A DNA stretch of 64,000 nucleotides from Tubulanus polymorphus. Taxonomy: Eukaryota; Animalia; Nemertea. Positions within the stretch are counted from its first letter, which is position 1. Every line of letters starts with the position of its first letter. A program made the translations under genes and the position numbers. Positions 1 through 12,479 of this stretch are shown in pieces. The stretch spans positions 9,093,859 through 9,157,858 of the forward strand of contig NC_134036.1 of the NCBI RefSeq assembly GCF_964204645.1. The letters are read 5' to 3'. The notes below the pieces were generated by a model, which saw only the letters and a program-made list of their open reading frames with translations, made no database searches and was not told where the DNA came from.

Positions 1-1101
1 CGAATGTCAAGTGTGAGTCCAGCATACGACTAGGAGTGTGTTATATACTTGTATTTAGTAAATACCTTGTGCATTTGACAATGATCGGTATGTATCGGTT
101 AATTCGGTAAAGAAAAATAGGTATTGTTGAAGTAACTCCTTGAAACCCGCAGCCAAATCACTGGTAGTAATACATTAATTTGTACTCGATTTTATTCTCA
201 TGATGAGGAGAAACTCGCAGCTGATCCCCGGAACGACGATGTAGTAACACACGTCGATTCGTCGATGTTTACGGCTCGACAGTGCTTTTAAAATCTAAAT
301 TAGTAAATTTCCAGTGTATCGGTAATATGATTTGATGAGGAAAATAGGCTATTGTTAAAATCACTGTTTGAAGACCGCGGCAATAAATTAGTTCATTTAT
401 ACTTGAATTGATAATCGAAGTGACAATCGGCCTGCAGGTTGATTTCGGGATGACGACTCGAAAAAACATGTCGCCCCATTGAATGAGGCTAAATTTTCGA
501 TGTTTACGGCCCGACAGTGCTTTTGTAACGATGATTCGTGAAAAAACACGCGGAGTATTTGTAGATCTCAGTGAGCTGAACGATATCATACGGATTGTAT
601 CGACAACAGCGGCAAGGTAACAAAGCCTTAGTTCTTTTAGTGAAAATAGTGTGACATAAAATAATAATAATAAGAAACACGCGAATCTCAATAGGGTTTT
701 CTCTGATGTAACAGAAAACCCTAATTAATTCTTCGATCCCAAATTATTCTAAATGTTACTTTTTAGCCCACTTCAGACTTTTGTCCCAGCCGGCTATTGC
801 GTTCACTTTTTGTTTGTCCGTCCGTAGACGGAATTCAGTTATTTTGGGAAGTTTTGAAGAGTTACGAGCCGCGACAGCCGTTTTTCAGCACTATACGATT
901 CTAGGTAAACAATCGCTGATAGGTGAAAGCTAAAACAAGTTTACGTGTGGATTTATAGTTAATCCTCACTGAACAAACTGATGAAGATCAAGTGATTATT
1001 AACGATATTACAGATCGAAACGTCGCACGGAGAGCATGTGTGACAGACAGATTTTACTCTTTATATCTTGTCTAAAAAGATATTGCTTGAAATAGATAGG
1101 A

Positions 1102-1510
1102 TATGGATAATTAGAGAAGAAATTGGCGAAAACGTTGTGCAGAAATGAGGGAACTTATGAACTCGAATGTTGAAGATGACCTGGATTTAAGTGGCATCCT
1201 CAGTGATAAATCCAGTAATGATCAACATGGTATCGGACAGGCATCAGAAAGTGATGAAAGGGAATTATGTGATGAATTGATCGGCGATGAAGCCGATGTA
1301 GATTGTTTTTCCGATTCTTCTTCAAGTTCATCTGATAGCGACTCTTCACTTTTAAATGAATCAGGAGACGACGAACCTGATTTGAATCAGGAGTTGAGCC
1401 AATGGGCATGCCGGGAGAACATTTGCAGATCAGCTTGTGACAAATTACTTTGTATTCTTCGAAGGCATGGCCACCAGGAACTCCCCAAAGATGTGCACTT
1501 ATTGCCTGGT
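1102..1510 (+). pseudogene. N-terminal fragment of a CACTA/EnSpm (CMC)-like transposase, truncated
   Basis: ORF 1145-1555 has an acidic/Ser-rich leader, then LSQWACRENICRSACDKLLCILRRHGHQELPKD, which resembles the L..WA....I...A...LL.ILR.HGH..LPKD N-terminal motif of animal CMC transposases. It breaks off at about 1510 against an oppositely oriented gene. Confidence 0.6.
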
Positions 1511-4500
1511 AAAATCTTAGTAGGAACTTTCTCCACGCTTAAATTCAAAATATAATGCTCTAGGAATATCAATGTGTTCTTAATCTTGGATGGATATGCA
1601 ATACTAAATGTGTAATAAGCCGACATAAGGCACGCCACTCCGCTTATAACATTCATAGTCTCTTCGTTTTCAATCAGTGGCAAGCCATCTACATGGAGGG
1701 AGACATGGGTCGGTTTCAGGGGACTGCCACCTTCACACCCTTTCAATTGCAGCACCGGATGATTGCCTTTTATTTACTGAAATATCAATAATATTGAGAA
1801 AAATCGATAAGTAACAATTTTGATAATCTTATGTAATGATACATCTGATACATGATGCTTACAATTAGATTTGCCCCTTTAAGATATTACAAAGAATCGA
1901 ACAGTGGGATATGATTTTCTTTTAAATACGAACCTATTCAACAGTTATCAATTCATTTCGATCCTCTCTTAATAGTCCCGGTAACATGAGCAGAGCTGCC
2001 GTAATCATCTCATCTGAAAACCAATGAATTTGTGGGTTGAGAATAATAATCTTTTATTCAAATACAGTCATAGAGTAATGGCCTTAAATCAAAATCAACT
2101 TACCTGTGTCTGCATTTTCTCCATTTTGAAGTGACCTCAAGAGAGCCAAGTCTGCAGACTTTGAACATTTCTGAAAGATTTTTTCTGCCATTGGTTTCAG
2201 ATTTGAATAGATCTTTCTAACAACATTGACTTTGTGATCGACTTCCATGGAACATAGTAGCTATAACAAATACAAAAGTATGATAAATTTAAAACAAATT
2301 TGAGTTATACCCTTAGTGACTAATCAAACGAATTGACACACTTACCAATTTAGGACGCCGAAGCCATGGAAACTTAGCCACGCAAATATCTGCTGTGTTT
2401 TCGTTAAGTATAGATCCACGAAATTTCGTTGATCTTCTCAATTTATCCTTAATTGAATCCATATTGGGATGCAATTTTGAAGCCTCAATACTTATGGCTT
2501 TTAAATGAAAGCCTACAGTTCTATCGTCCTCAGCTGTCTCTATTAATTCCTTAAACAGAAATTTACAGAATTGAGATCATTTACCGCGCTACGCATCACA
2601 GAAGAAAATAGATTTCATTTCTTAGTTGGCTCTCTCATGAACAAATTATTACCTGATTCTGTCGCGTTTTCTTGGTAGGCAAGTCCTGTTGTTCAGTCTG
2701 TTCACTGGGAACTTTTCTTTTCGGTCTACCACGACCAGGTGAGCCAAACTTCTGCTTAATGTTTTGCACCTCCTGTATCATGGTCAAGGGGCGGCGTTCT
2801 TTCTTCAGCTTGTTTCGCAGACTTTCTTTAAGGCAGTGCTACAAAATTGCATACAAGAAAATCATGTTACATAAAAATCTAATAAACAGCCATTCTCAAT
2901 ACCTGATTCTATTATTGTATTATCAATGAATAATGATGCAGATGTCAGCTTTCTATCAGTAATATTCCGGCAAGTAAAAAACTTTCAAATATTCTCAATT
3001 AAAAACTTACATATCCACTATTATCTTTCCCCTTGAGATATGGATATTGCTTTAATAGTTCTTTTATGATAATATCATAATGTGCGGGTTTTGGAAATCT
3101 GGAATGATATAAGTAAAATATAATTAACAAAATAAACTTTGTATATACCTGTTAATTGGTTATCATTTCAAAAAATTACACAGCAGAGTAAAATAAACCA
3201 GATCAGTTGAATCAGAATTTTTATCCAACCTGGACCAATAAAAGTGCATGTAAATATGACGTTAAGTTGGGTCTATAATGTATGTCTTCACTAACAAATA
3301 CTCACAAAGTATAGATTTGAACCTGGTCTGCAATAACTGTAATCATTTTCGATCTCTTTGAACACCTCCACTTTTCAAGAATACTCGGATCTTCCTCTTC
3401 TAACGACTTTTTAAGAGTCACTGGAAAATCTGGCAATTTGTACGGGTTTGGAAATTGCTCATCAGCTACATTTTCAGTTGAATCAAATATCATCGTAGAA
3501 TTGAAACCAGCTGAACAAGAGTCGATGCTTGAATTCAAACTCAAACTAAAACTAGAAAATAAATAAAGAATTAATATTTCACATACAGTGCACACAATCA
3601 ATATGATAGTCACACTTTTCCCACACAAAAGAAGACTATCCGTAACAAATATATCAAAAGAAATACCAGAATGTGAAATTACCTTTCATTCACATCTTTA
3701 CATGGTTCCTTTAACTCAGTTAATAATTTTAGAAATTTACATTGTTGCTTCATCTTTGGAAACAGCTTTGAAATCATATTTTCAGTCAGTGTGAGAAGCG
3801 TTTCTCCATCTATATCATTTTCTGAAAAATAAAACAAAGTTTACATTACCAAGATGTCATCACAAGCATATCCGGGGGAAATTAGAATATAGTAAGTTCT
3901 TAAATATAGATAATCCTTACAAAATTCAAAAAGTTCTATGTTTTAGAACAATTAGGTTAGTTTCTGAATCATCGTCAACATCTATGTAACCATCCAAAAG
4001 ACTACAGTCTTTATGATTTCTTGGTTCCAGTACTAGCCACAATTTGGTGTTTTCCAACCTGTATGTATGTAAATTTTTTTCGAATAGTACACACATGAAG
4101 AGCCGTCCACAAAGATACCACGATCCATCGAGTTTAAGAATGTACAAAATTTTCATGAAGACTGGTATATCCCTGATATGAACTACGATTATAGAATCCT
4201 TCACTTTATATGTCATATGATCTGAAATTAGTTCACTGACTTTCATGATTTTTTCATCCGATGAGCTTAGGTCCAGCTGTTGAGCTATTTCCTGCTGCAG
4301 GCCCACAGGCATGCGACTTAACGCAACACATGAGCTTCCATGTTTACTGGTAGTTTCAGATCCAAGATAATTTGGAGAATTTTACAACCAGCACTGGAAT
4401 ACCTGGTGGTGCTTCGCAAGTGTCAAGGCTGGGTTTTTGAAGTTACACATAGTTCCAGTGATGCGTTTAAAATAACTATGCTTGCCTTCAAATCTCATGC

Positions 4501-6510
4501 AACACAAGAATTTAAGTGGGCCAAATCTCAATAACAAGCGGGGATAATGTACCAGATAATGCACTTTTGGAGTAAACTTTCCAGGGTACAATTGACTGAA
4601 TTGAGACAAGAATCCCTGAATCATTAGACTTAAGTGAGGTATCCATTCCCTTCGAATAACTGGCGCAAAAATGATATCAACTATTTCCCTGAACAACAAA
4701 AAATGTTCCCAATATTCATTGTCAACAGGAATGAGGTTTTTCATTATAAGTGGTAGCAGGCGCAGTAGACACCACTTTTCAGAAGCTTTTCCACTTAACG
4801 ATTTATCCTGTAATATCTTAGCTGGAATAACAGTAGGAATGTTTGAGCTGTCATTTTTACCAAAGTTGAACTGCGTTAGCTCTGAATTCAGTTGATTTAA
4901 GGTAAAGTAACGATCATTGATGAGTTTCTTTAACAATAGTCGAATAAGAAGGGGTGGCACACCTTCTAATATATCGTGCATTAGATCTGGTGGCAAGCTA
5001 TCGGTTAGCTTGAAGTATCTCAATTCACTGAACGGTGAAAATCCTTTTACTCCGTATGCTGAACTCGCCGCAGGATCTCTTTCTACTGCCTCCAAGTGAT
5101 ATTTATGAACTTCAGCTGTACGAATCATTAATGTCTTTTCAGTTTCAGTTTTTGCAAGATCTTCATAATGGATCATGCAGAACCTACAGACTCGTCCACA
5201 TGAGAAGCTACCATTAAATCTCCCAATAGAATGTGCTGAAAGATTGTCAGAAGACAAAAATGCAAGCGATCCATACAATCTATACTGTTGTTCATCGACA
5301 GTGACTTCAACCCCAATAGCTTCCAGTGTTTTCAAGTCTTTTAGCAATGGTTTGAGCACTTCCTTGTATGAATATTTTGTTACGTAGGCATACTTAACGA
5401 GAATCGAGAGATTTATAAACTTCAGCTGTGAGCAATACTTGGCATCCAAATTATTTATCAGAAAATAGAATGCGCACATTTTGTGAATTGTCTTCTTCGA
5501 TCCTAAAGGATTGACGATCTCAAACTCATCAGTATATAGATGAATACGCAAGTTTTTCGGGTCCTTGGAGAACAGAGCATGCTCTCGGAAAATCTGACCG
5601 TCTTCAAAATTACGCAATATCTCAGGTTCTGAATGACGTCCTCGATTTATATTTGCCCACACCGTTGGTTCCTTCAGAATAGTCTGTAGAACTTCCAGAA
5701 TTGGAACATACTGGAGAGTGTGTTTTTCATTACCAGGTAACACATATTCAACTGGTTTAATCATTGACAGATTTTCGCTGCAGTACTTCATGACTTGATA
5801 TTCTGTCGCAAAACACGAGAAAACACTGGCAAAGACATTATCATCACTTAGTAACTCTGACAGCTCTTGGTTATCCTCTATGTGAACATTTACAATGCGT
5901 AGTTCTTGTTTAATAACTGTGCTGTAGTGGTCAATAAACAACTCGAATAAGTATTGAACCTCATTCACAATTGTTGACTTGACAACATTCGGCAACGCAT
6001 GCTTTTCTTGAAGACTAATCAGGAACATACAAAAATGTCTTTTTAGGTCACTGACCAGCTTCTTCACCTCCACAATATCAACAAATTCGCCATCAATTTG
6101 ATCTATATCCATCTACTGATCAAATCCACCATCAATGTCAACATTTTCTGCAGCCCCATTTTCAGGTGGCACGTGAGTGGCAGCTCGGTGACCAGGAACT
6201 GCGAGCATATGTTTACGGTACATATGGCTTTTGAACGACAAAAACTTATAATACTCATGATGACATCCAGCAACGTAACATTTGACAGTAAAGTTTGGGT
6301 CATATTGATGTAGTCCTACGTGTTGCACAATTCGAAAAGTGAATATTTCACGGTCGGGCAATGCTGACATCGGAAAGCATTTATTTCAGCCATTATGTTG
6401 AGGACTCTTCATCACTTACGTCGAAACTGTTCACAAGCTTCATTTAAATCATTTCCACGAAGAAACTCACACACTTGCTCGATACTCCAGCTTGAAACAT
6501 CATCCATCAT
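1510..6510 (-). pseudogene. Multi-exon CACTA accessory gene, SAM domain plus SAMD3-like C-terminus, 3' end truncated
   Basis: Exon 6510-6420 (MMDDVSSWSIEQVCEFLRGNDLNEACEQFR|GTAAGT) joins in phase with exon 3821-3683 (QNDIDGETLLTLTENMISKLFPKMKQQCKFLKLL) to give a SAM domain. Further GT-AG exons lie near 3551-3306, 3100-3011, 2839-2653, 2549-2346, 2260-2105 and 2012-1935. The last exon (ORF 1387-1755) has the AYYTFSIAYPSKIKNTLIFLEHY SAMD3-like motif. Confidence 0.7.
3926..6393 (-). pseudogene. CACTA/EnSpm-type transposase with N-terminal C2H2 zinc fingers, disrupted
   Basis: ORFs 6113-6370, 4382-6112 and 3926-4312 carry motifs CQHC..H..H, CYVAGC..H..H, LYTDEFEIVNPLG, SDNLSAH, CRFC, PPDLMHDILEG, PKVHYLVHYP and MRFEGKH. 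There is a frameshift near 6335, an in-frame TAG at 6113-6115 and a break near 4380. Confidence 0.85.
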
Positions 6511-6983
6511 GATTATTCTAAGCTAAAAAATAAATAAATTATTGATAGTAAAACTTGATACAGCATACTCATGTATATCATCCGGGAACAAGGGTAGTAC
6601 TACATCATCTTAGACAAAAGAAAGGCAGGGGTATTATTTATACTACTGCCCTATAAGTGGCTACGGGCATGGGATTGCGAGAGAGTGTACTCGAAGTGAA
6701 TTATACAGCGCCTACAATAGGAAAAATTGTTTAGTGATTCAGTGAGTCAGTGATTGATTGAATGAACTTTTGAGAATGGCTGCGTGGACTGCCTGATAAT
6801 CTTTAACAACCACTTTTTTATCAGAACATAATAGCAGATAAATGTCGACCCGTCACAAAGTATTTCAGTGATATTTTGAATTTATGTGCGGTTCAAATTT
6901 AGCGCCATTCTCGTGAGATTATCAACAACCCGGAAATAAAAGCCAAGCCAGTTTACAAGCTTCTGTGCTCTAAGTTAAAGTTA

Positions 6984-9608
6984 CGGTTCCTGAACTTCGC
7001 TGAAAAAGCTGAAACACTGAAAAGCTGAAACGCTGAAATAAAAACGCTGAAATTTCAGGGAATTTCCGAAAAACGCCGAAATTTCAGGGAATTCCCGAAA
7101 AACGCTGAAATCGTGCTAGGTACCGACAATACACGTTTTGAAATTCTTTCCGGGCCGGTGTCCGCTGCCGAGTCCTGAACCGTCTTTTAGACTCTACCTT
7201 CGGTTACAGAGACATGCCTTGAGGTCGTCGTCATGTTCGACTTGATCGATTGCGGATTGCGTGGATTGTTAGATGTGTTTTTTGTTTTATGCGCATATAC
7301 CGGTACGATCTAACAATGAAATTATCACTTCATTTGAATAAATTCTTAATTACAGTAATATTAATTCTCAATATTTTTTCTTATATTTGGTGATTTCTTC
7401 CAACTTATCATTGCCAAGTCTCATACAAAAGTAGTAGCTGAATGAAAGTACAGCTAGTAAGGCTGAACCTGATAACCCAAATTAAGTGCTATCATGGAAC
7501 TTATGACTACTTTGATTCTATTTTGGTGTGAATAAAGGTTCAACCGTCATAGTATACTGTACTTAGCATTACTACGATTGGGTGCCATATTTCTACAATC
7601 TCTTCAAGGAAGGAGTCTTGGAGTGTCTTTCGTTCCCGGGTAGGCATCCTCGCTTGCCAGGAGACCAGTATCGCTCCCAAACTCGCTTCCACCTGCCCCC
7701 TGGCCTCACGACGCGCGATTTCATTACCGGCGTTTTAGCGAATGACGTCATATATCAACACGCGAAAATACTTCTGTTTTCGCTACGTGTTCGCTGCTTG
7801 GTCCATTTACCGGGAAATTCCATAGATGCCAAATGTCGTTTGTAACAAGCGCTGTGATTGGCCCGACCTGATTCTGGTCGGCTAGTAACGACTCGAGGTC
7901 AAGCGGTTCGGAGGGTAGGGTACGGGGTAAAACCTGGTTTACTCTCTCTGTCTACTTGCTGGAGACTACTATCTGCAATGTATTGCAAGTTTTTATTTGT
8001 CTGGCTTATGAGAGTCGAACAACGTTTTCCCATACACGGGCTTGGCTTTAGTACTAGATGAAGGCTAGGCACTGCACATTGTGGATTGACTGGAACTCTA
8101 AACTCACAAAATTAAACGAGTCAACAAGAAAGATCCAATAATTTGACGTTTGTCTAATTATATTATTTAACAGCTTAAAATAATGCTTAACACATTATAA
8201 GAATACACAAAAGAAATCAGTTCTTACATTATATCAGAATCAATAGTTCGCTTAACTCGGGCTTGAATTCTGGTTCCATTGCTTTATATTCTAATGAAAT
8301 TCACTAGCATACCTTAGAATATTGCTTAGCTTAAGATAAAAAATTTGGTACCAGGAAAACGGGGAAGTAAAGTGGGTGTACTGTACATCCCCAATTGACT
8401 TATTTCTCTCTGGTTGAATCAAGTTATTACTGAAATAGCATTCGAATAGCCATTTTGTTTATAAAAATTGTGTCGTTCAGCTATCCTGCTGCAAATTTCG
8501 CAGTTCAAGTTAACTAGTGCCATCTGATTTCTCAGTATCTCAAATTTGCACATTCTTAGCCCGAGTCTAAAAATAGAAAAAAGTGCATTTAAAGTAGGAA
8601 ATAAAAGAATAGTGGCTAACACACTCTGGAGATATAGCCTATGGGGTGGGCCTAGTTTGAAAGCACTGAGGTCCGAGGGAACAGCACTTAGTAAATAAAT
8701 ACTGAAATCAAACTTACAAAACACCCAATACTTGAGATGATGTACTTGACAAGAAGTGTGTCCAGCTGAGCAAATCAACTTTATCTATGACTCCTCCTTT
8801 TATAGATACCGTAGTAGTCTAAAAATAAGAATCGGTACATTTTTCTAACAGTTGGTATGTCATTTAAAAAAAAAAAAACCTATTATTATCACAACACAGC
8901 AAATAAATTACAGTTGTTGAATGGTTAGCCCGATTTAGATTAATTGGTTGACGCTAATTAGTATGACCTATAAGTAGGGGCCTACTGCATGTCATTGGCG
9001 TCAATCCATTCCATTCCACGGTGAATTAAAAAGAAATTTAGTTAGATCCCTTTTGTCCAAAAGCTGCATCATTTATATAACTAGCTGTCAAATTTAATTT
9101 ACCTCCTTCAGAGAATACCATAGTCCGTCGCCCATCAAGTTGATGATCAACGTGTTGACAAAAGAAAAGTTGCTTATAATCCTGTTTTATACATGAACGA
9201 TAGAAGTAAACCATATTCTTGGAATATTGAGCATAGTGTTTAAGTTGGCTTGCACGGTTTGTGAATGGGTTTTCTTCATCATGCTGCCTGTATGCATTAA
9301 AAATCCGGATTTCAAGCGAATTAATTTGTTCAACACGTGGCCCTCTAGAAGTATACTCCACACATACTGCCCATGCATGTCTCTGTAACCGAAGGTGGAG
9401 ACTAAAAGACGGTTCAGGACTCGGCAGCGGATACCGGCCCGGATATTATTTCAAAACGTGTATTGTCGGAACCTAGCACGATTTCAGCGTTTTTCGGGAA
9501 TTCCCTGAAATTTCGGCGTTTTTCGGAAATTCCCTGAAATTTCAGCGTTTTTATTTCAGCGATTCAGCGTTTCAGTGTTTCAGCTTTTTCAGCGAAGTTC
9601 AGGAACCG
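6984..9608. mobile_element. Non-autonomous MULE/Mutator-like element with ~235-bp internally repetitive terminal inverted repeats (TIRs)
   Basis: TIRs CGGTTCCTGAACTTCGCTGAAA... (6984-7218) and ...TTTCAGCGAAGTTCAGGAACCG (9375-9608) contain repeated GCTGAAA units. They are flanked by an exact 10-bp TSD GTTAAAGTTA (6974-6983, 9609-9618). Confidence 0.85.
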
Positions 9609-9662
9609 GTTAAAGTTAGGCTAGTTCATTTTCAATAGGCATGATAAGTAAAAGTTATGCAG

Positions 9663-10002
9663 GGATATTTCACCGTAAAAGGCTGAGTGTTTATTTCTGC
9701 TATTTCACCGTACATCGTCGCTGATTGGCTGATTTACGCTACGCATGCGCACAGAGGTGCGCAAAAATTCAAGGAAAGTGTGGAGAACAGAGTTAGAGAA
9801 AACAGAGCGGATAGAGCGAGACTCGAACCCGGGTCAGTAAATTACACTCTTCTCACCCTCTCGACACTAACTAACCCTATCGAAACCGTAATCCTAAACC
9901 CGATATAATGATTTTATTGTTACTTTTACTATATAGGCCTATAGTAATAATGTACGGTAAAACAGCAGAAGTAAATACTTTGCCGTATACGGTTAAATAT
10001 CC
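9663..10002. mobile_element. MITE-like element with ~50-bp imperfect inverted repeats
   Basis: GGATATTTCACCGTAAAAGGC...TTTCACCGTACAT (9663-9715) versus ATGTACGGTAAAAC...TACGGTTAAATATCC (9950-10002). Confidence 0.55.
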
Positions 10003-10055
10003 ACTTTGTAAAAGTTAACTATGAGAGGAGTCAAATCTTAACTCACTCAGTAATA

Positions 10056-10460
10056 AGGCGCTTTTACGAAACTGAATCTTTGTTAATCGATTTAAGTTTC
10101 ACGTTTACGGCACGCGGTTTAGTGAATCCGATTTGGTAAATCAACTCGTTTATGGACGCGGTTTAGTAAATTGATTTATTAAATCGACTAACTTGCTCGG
10201 CGAGCAAGTTAGTGGCGATTAAGTCAGTGAAATCCAACATGGCGTCCTCTTTGACCGCGGGCCAAAGACCATTGCAGACCATCATCTAGGCCTATGAATA
10301 ATTTGGTCACCATTGACGCCCATTTTCTTTCGAATCGCGACCTTTAAATTGATTAATTGATTCGACTCATTAACGAAAAACGATTTACTTATCCTTTCGT
10401 TTTCCAACATCGAATCGCATTCAGTTAAACCGAATCAGATTCAATTTCGTAAAAGCGCTT
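10056..10460. mobile_element. PIF/Harbinger-like MITE
   Basis: TIR AGGCGCTTTTACGAAACTGAATC versus GATTCAATTTCGTAAAAGCGCTT, with 3-bp ATA on both flanks. Confidence 0.6.
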
Positions 10461-11911
10461 ATAGGCCTAGTATTGGGTCACCATGTCACTAATTAGACAT
10501 TTTGAAAACTAATACGAATGCTATGCGTTTATAAAACGTTACTTACCAGAGTTTATTTGCACTTTCTATTTCCAAATTCCGAAGCATTCGCGTAGTAAAA
10601 TAATACAGAGAAGTCAAGCACAGAACGATGTATGCAGCATGTATGCAGTGTGTACTGTGAGGAGTGTATGTTGTGGTGGCATCACTACACGGTCGTACTA
10701 ATAAGCGGGGGACCAACGGGTGACCAACTGTCATCATTCACTAATTAAAGCCACTAATTAACATGTCTCTCAGATAACTTATTGCATCAACCCCCTAATC
10801 ATTATCCAAATATTAGTACTTTTCGATTGTATAACCGGAGTTTGAGTCTCGCACCTAGGAGGGTTGCGGGCACTTGACCAGGATTTCTACATAGTCTGAC
10901 AATAACTATTTATCATTATTTTCACTCCATACAGATTGAGGTATACAAATGCACCAGAATCTATTGAAAAAACAAATTAACATCTCTGAACATCAACACC
11001 CGACTAGCCTCAGGATACACCAGGCATAGGGCCTCAACAATAATGATAATGAAATATGAGTCCGACAATCACTAGCTCGAAAGAGATTTTAAACATAAAA
11101 ACTATAAAGGATCTATTAACACCTCGAATTTTCGGTTTTATCCTAAAAGCCATTCTCAAGAGTGACTAAAATTATGATATTTTACAGTATTTCACAGTAT
11201 ATATAAGCTTATTGTCCCTATAATTTCTTCTCTGGTTAATATTACCTAGTTTTCATGTTCGATAGTGTGTGTCGTTCTTGCTTGTATATATTGTGAAATG
11301 TCATAATATGATTGTGGGACTCATATTTCATTCGTCTCTCGCGATTTATTGCATAGTTTTATCACGTTAATAATGATAATAATAATCATTATTATAATAA
11401 TTATAATGATAACAATAATGATGCTAATCACCGATAGGTTACTCTAAGTTACACACAACTTAACTATATATCACATGTTGAAATGAGTTCGTCACATTTC
11501 AAATGTGTAGTTTGAATTTTAAACAATTCTAAACGAAGCAAAATAGAAGTTCATTAAAATAGAAGCACATTATAGGCCTAATAGAATAGGCTTATCTTGA
11601 AAGTGTGGAATGTGGATACCAGGGCGTTGATTTAGAAAAATGACCACAAAAATAAAGGCCTAGGAAAATCCTGATACTTTTGGATTGAACATTCAAATCA
11701 CTCTTAACATCTCAACTTGACCTTAATGTACCGTAGCAGATCTACTTAATTCATCTCTGACGATCGAAACCAGTTTAAGGTTCTTTGTCAAGAACCATTA
11801 AGTCTCGAAGAACCCCTATCTGCGTTCTATGTTGCCGAAGAACCATAAGGCTTAACCAAGAACCCCGAGGTTCTTCAAAGAACCCCCGAAGAACCATTTG
11901 TTCTACGAGTG

Positions 11912-12450
11912 TAAGTCGTCATTGAATTAGTCGTGTCATCACATCTCTCGTATAACTATTTCGGTCTCGATTTTTTCTTTGTACCATATAATATTATGCT
12001 TATTACTCATACCTTATAAGTCGTATTTTCACGTTAGTCGTATCAAGTTTAGGGGCCAAATCTTCTAATTCCATTCAAAATACCTCGCGTAGGTCGTAGC
12101 TCGATATGCCGGTATCAGATGAAAATACCCTGCAATATTGTCAAGTGTTTAGACAGTTACAATGTAACTTCCTTGTGACGTTGTCTACGTGGTGCACTTG
12201 ACAGCTTTAGATGATTGATTGAGACGAGATTTCAGCAATATATATCTGCACTGTCAGGTCAGCTCAGTGATACGACCTTCTGCTGGAATCTGAGCGTAGT
12301 ATATATTGTATTTTCACGGATTATTCGCTGAATTCGTATAAAACAGCGATATATAAATAATTTGTAAAATACGACTTACACATGACTCGTAACTAAGTCG
12401 TAGAAAAATCGTCAGTCCCGAGGGTTACGACTTATGCGGGCTTGACTGTA
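11912..12450. mobile_element. Tc1/pogo-like MITE remnant interrupted by the CACTA terminus
   Basis: Right end ...CGACTTATGCGGGCTTGACTG-TA is a TA-CAGT type terminus. The left side starts at TAAGTCG, the inner part of the matching TIR, directly after the CACTA end. TAAGTCGT/ACGACTTA motifs are repeated. Confidence 0.5.
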
Positions 12451-12479
12451 TATTTAATTGTAGTTTGAAGGCACGTATA

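Larger units (their letters stand above)
1510..11911 (-). mobile_element. Decayed CACTA/EnSpm DNA transposon (element 1); only one end identified
   Basis: Contains a transposase and a SAM/SAMD3-like accessory gene. A CAC-type terminus (minus strand CACTCGTAGAAC) ends at 11911 with many subterminal AAGAACC/GGTTCTT repeats (11775-11900), followed by TA. Linking this terminus to the genes is an inference. Confidence 0.55.

Noticed and set aside
269-691. 140-aa ORF with a hydrophobic N-terminus
   Set aside because: Non-ATG start, no known motif, and it overlaps a short direct repeat (about 262-290 and 497-525) typical of TE subterminal DNA.
6110-6118. Programmed readthrough or reinitiation at TAG-ATG in transposase 1
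   Set aside because: The same gene has other frameshifts and the element is truncated, so simple decay is more likely.
11365-11425. (AAT/GAT)n tract
   Set aside because: Ordinary microsatellite.
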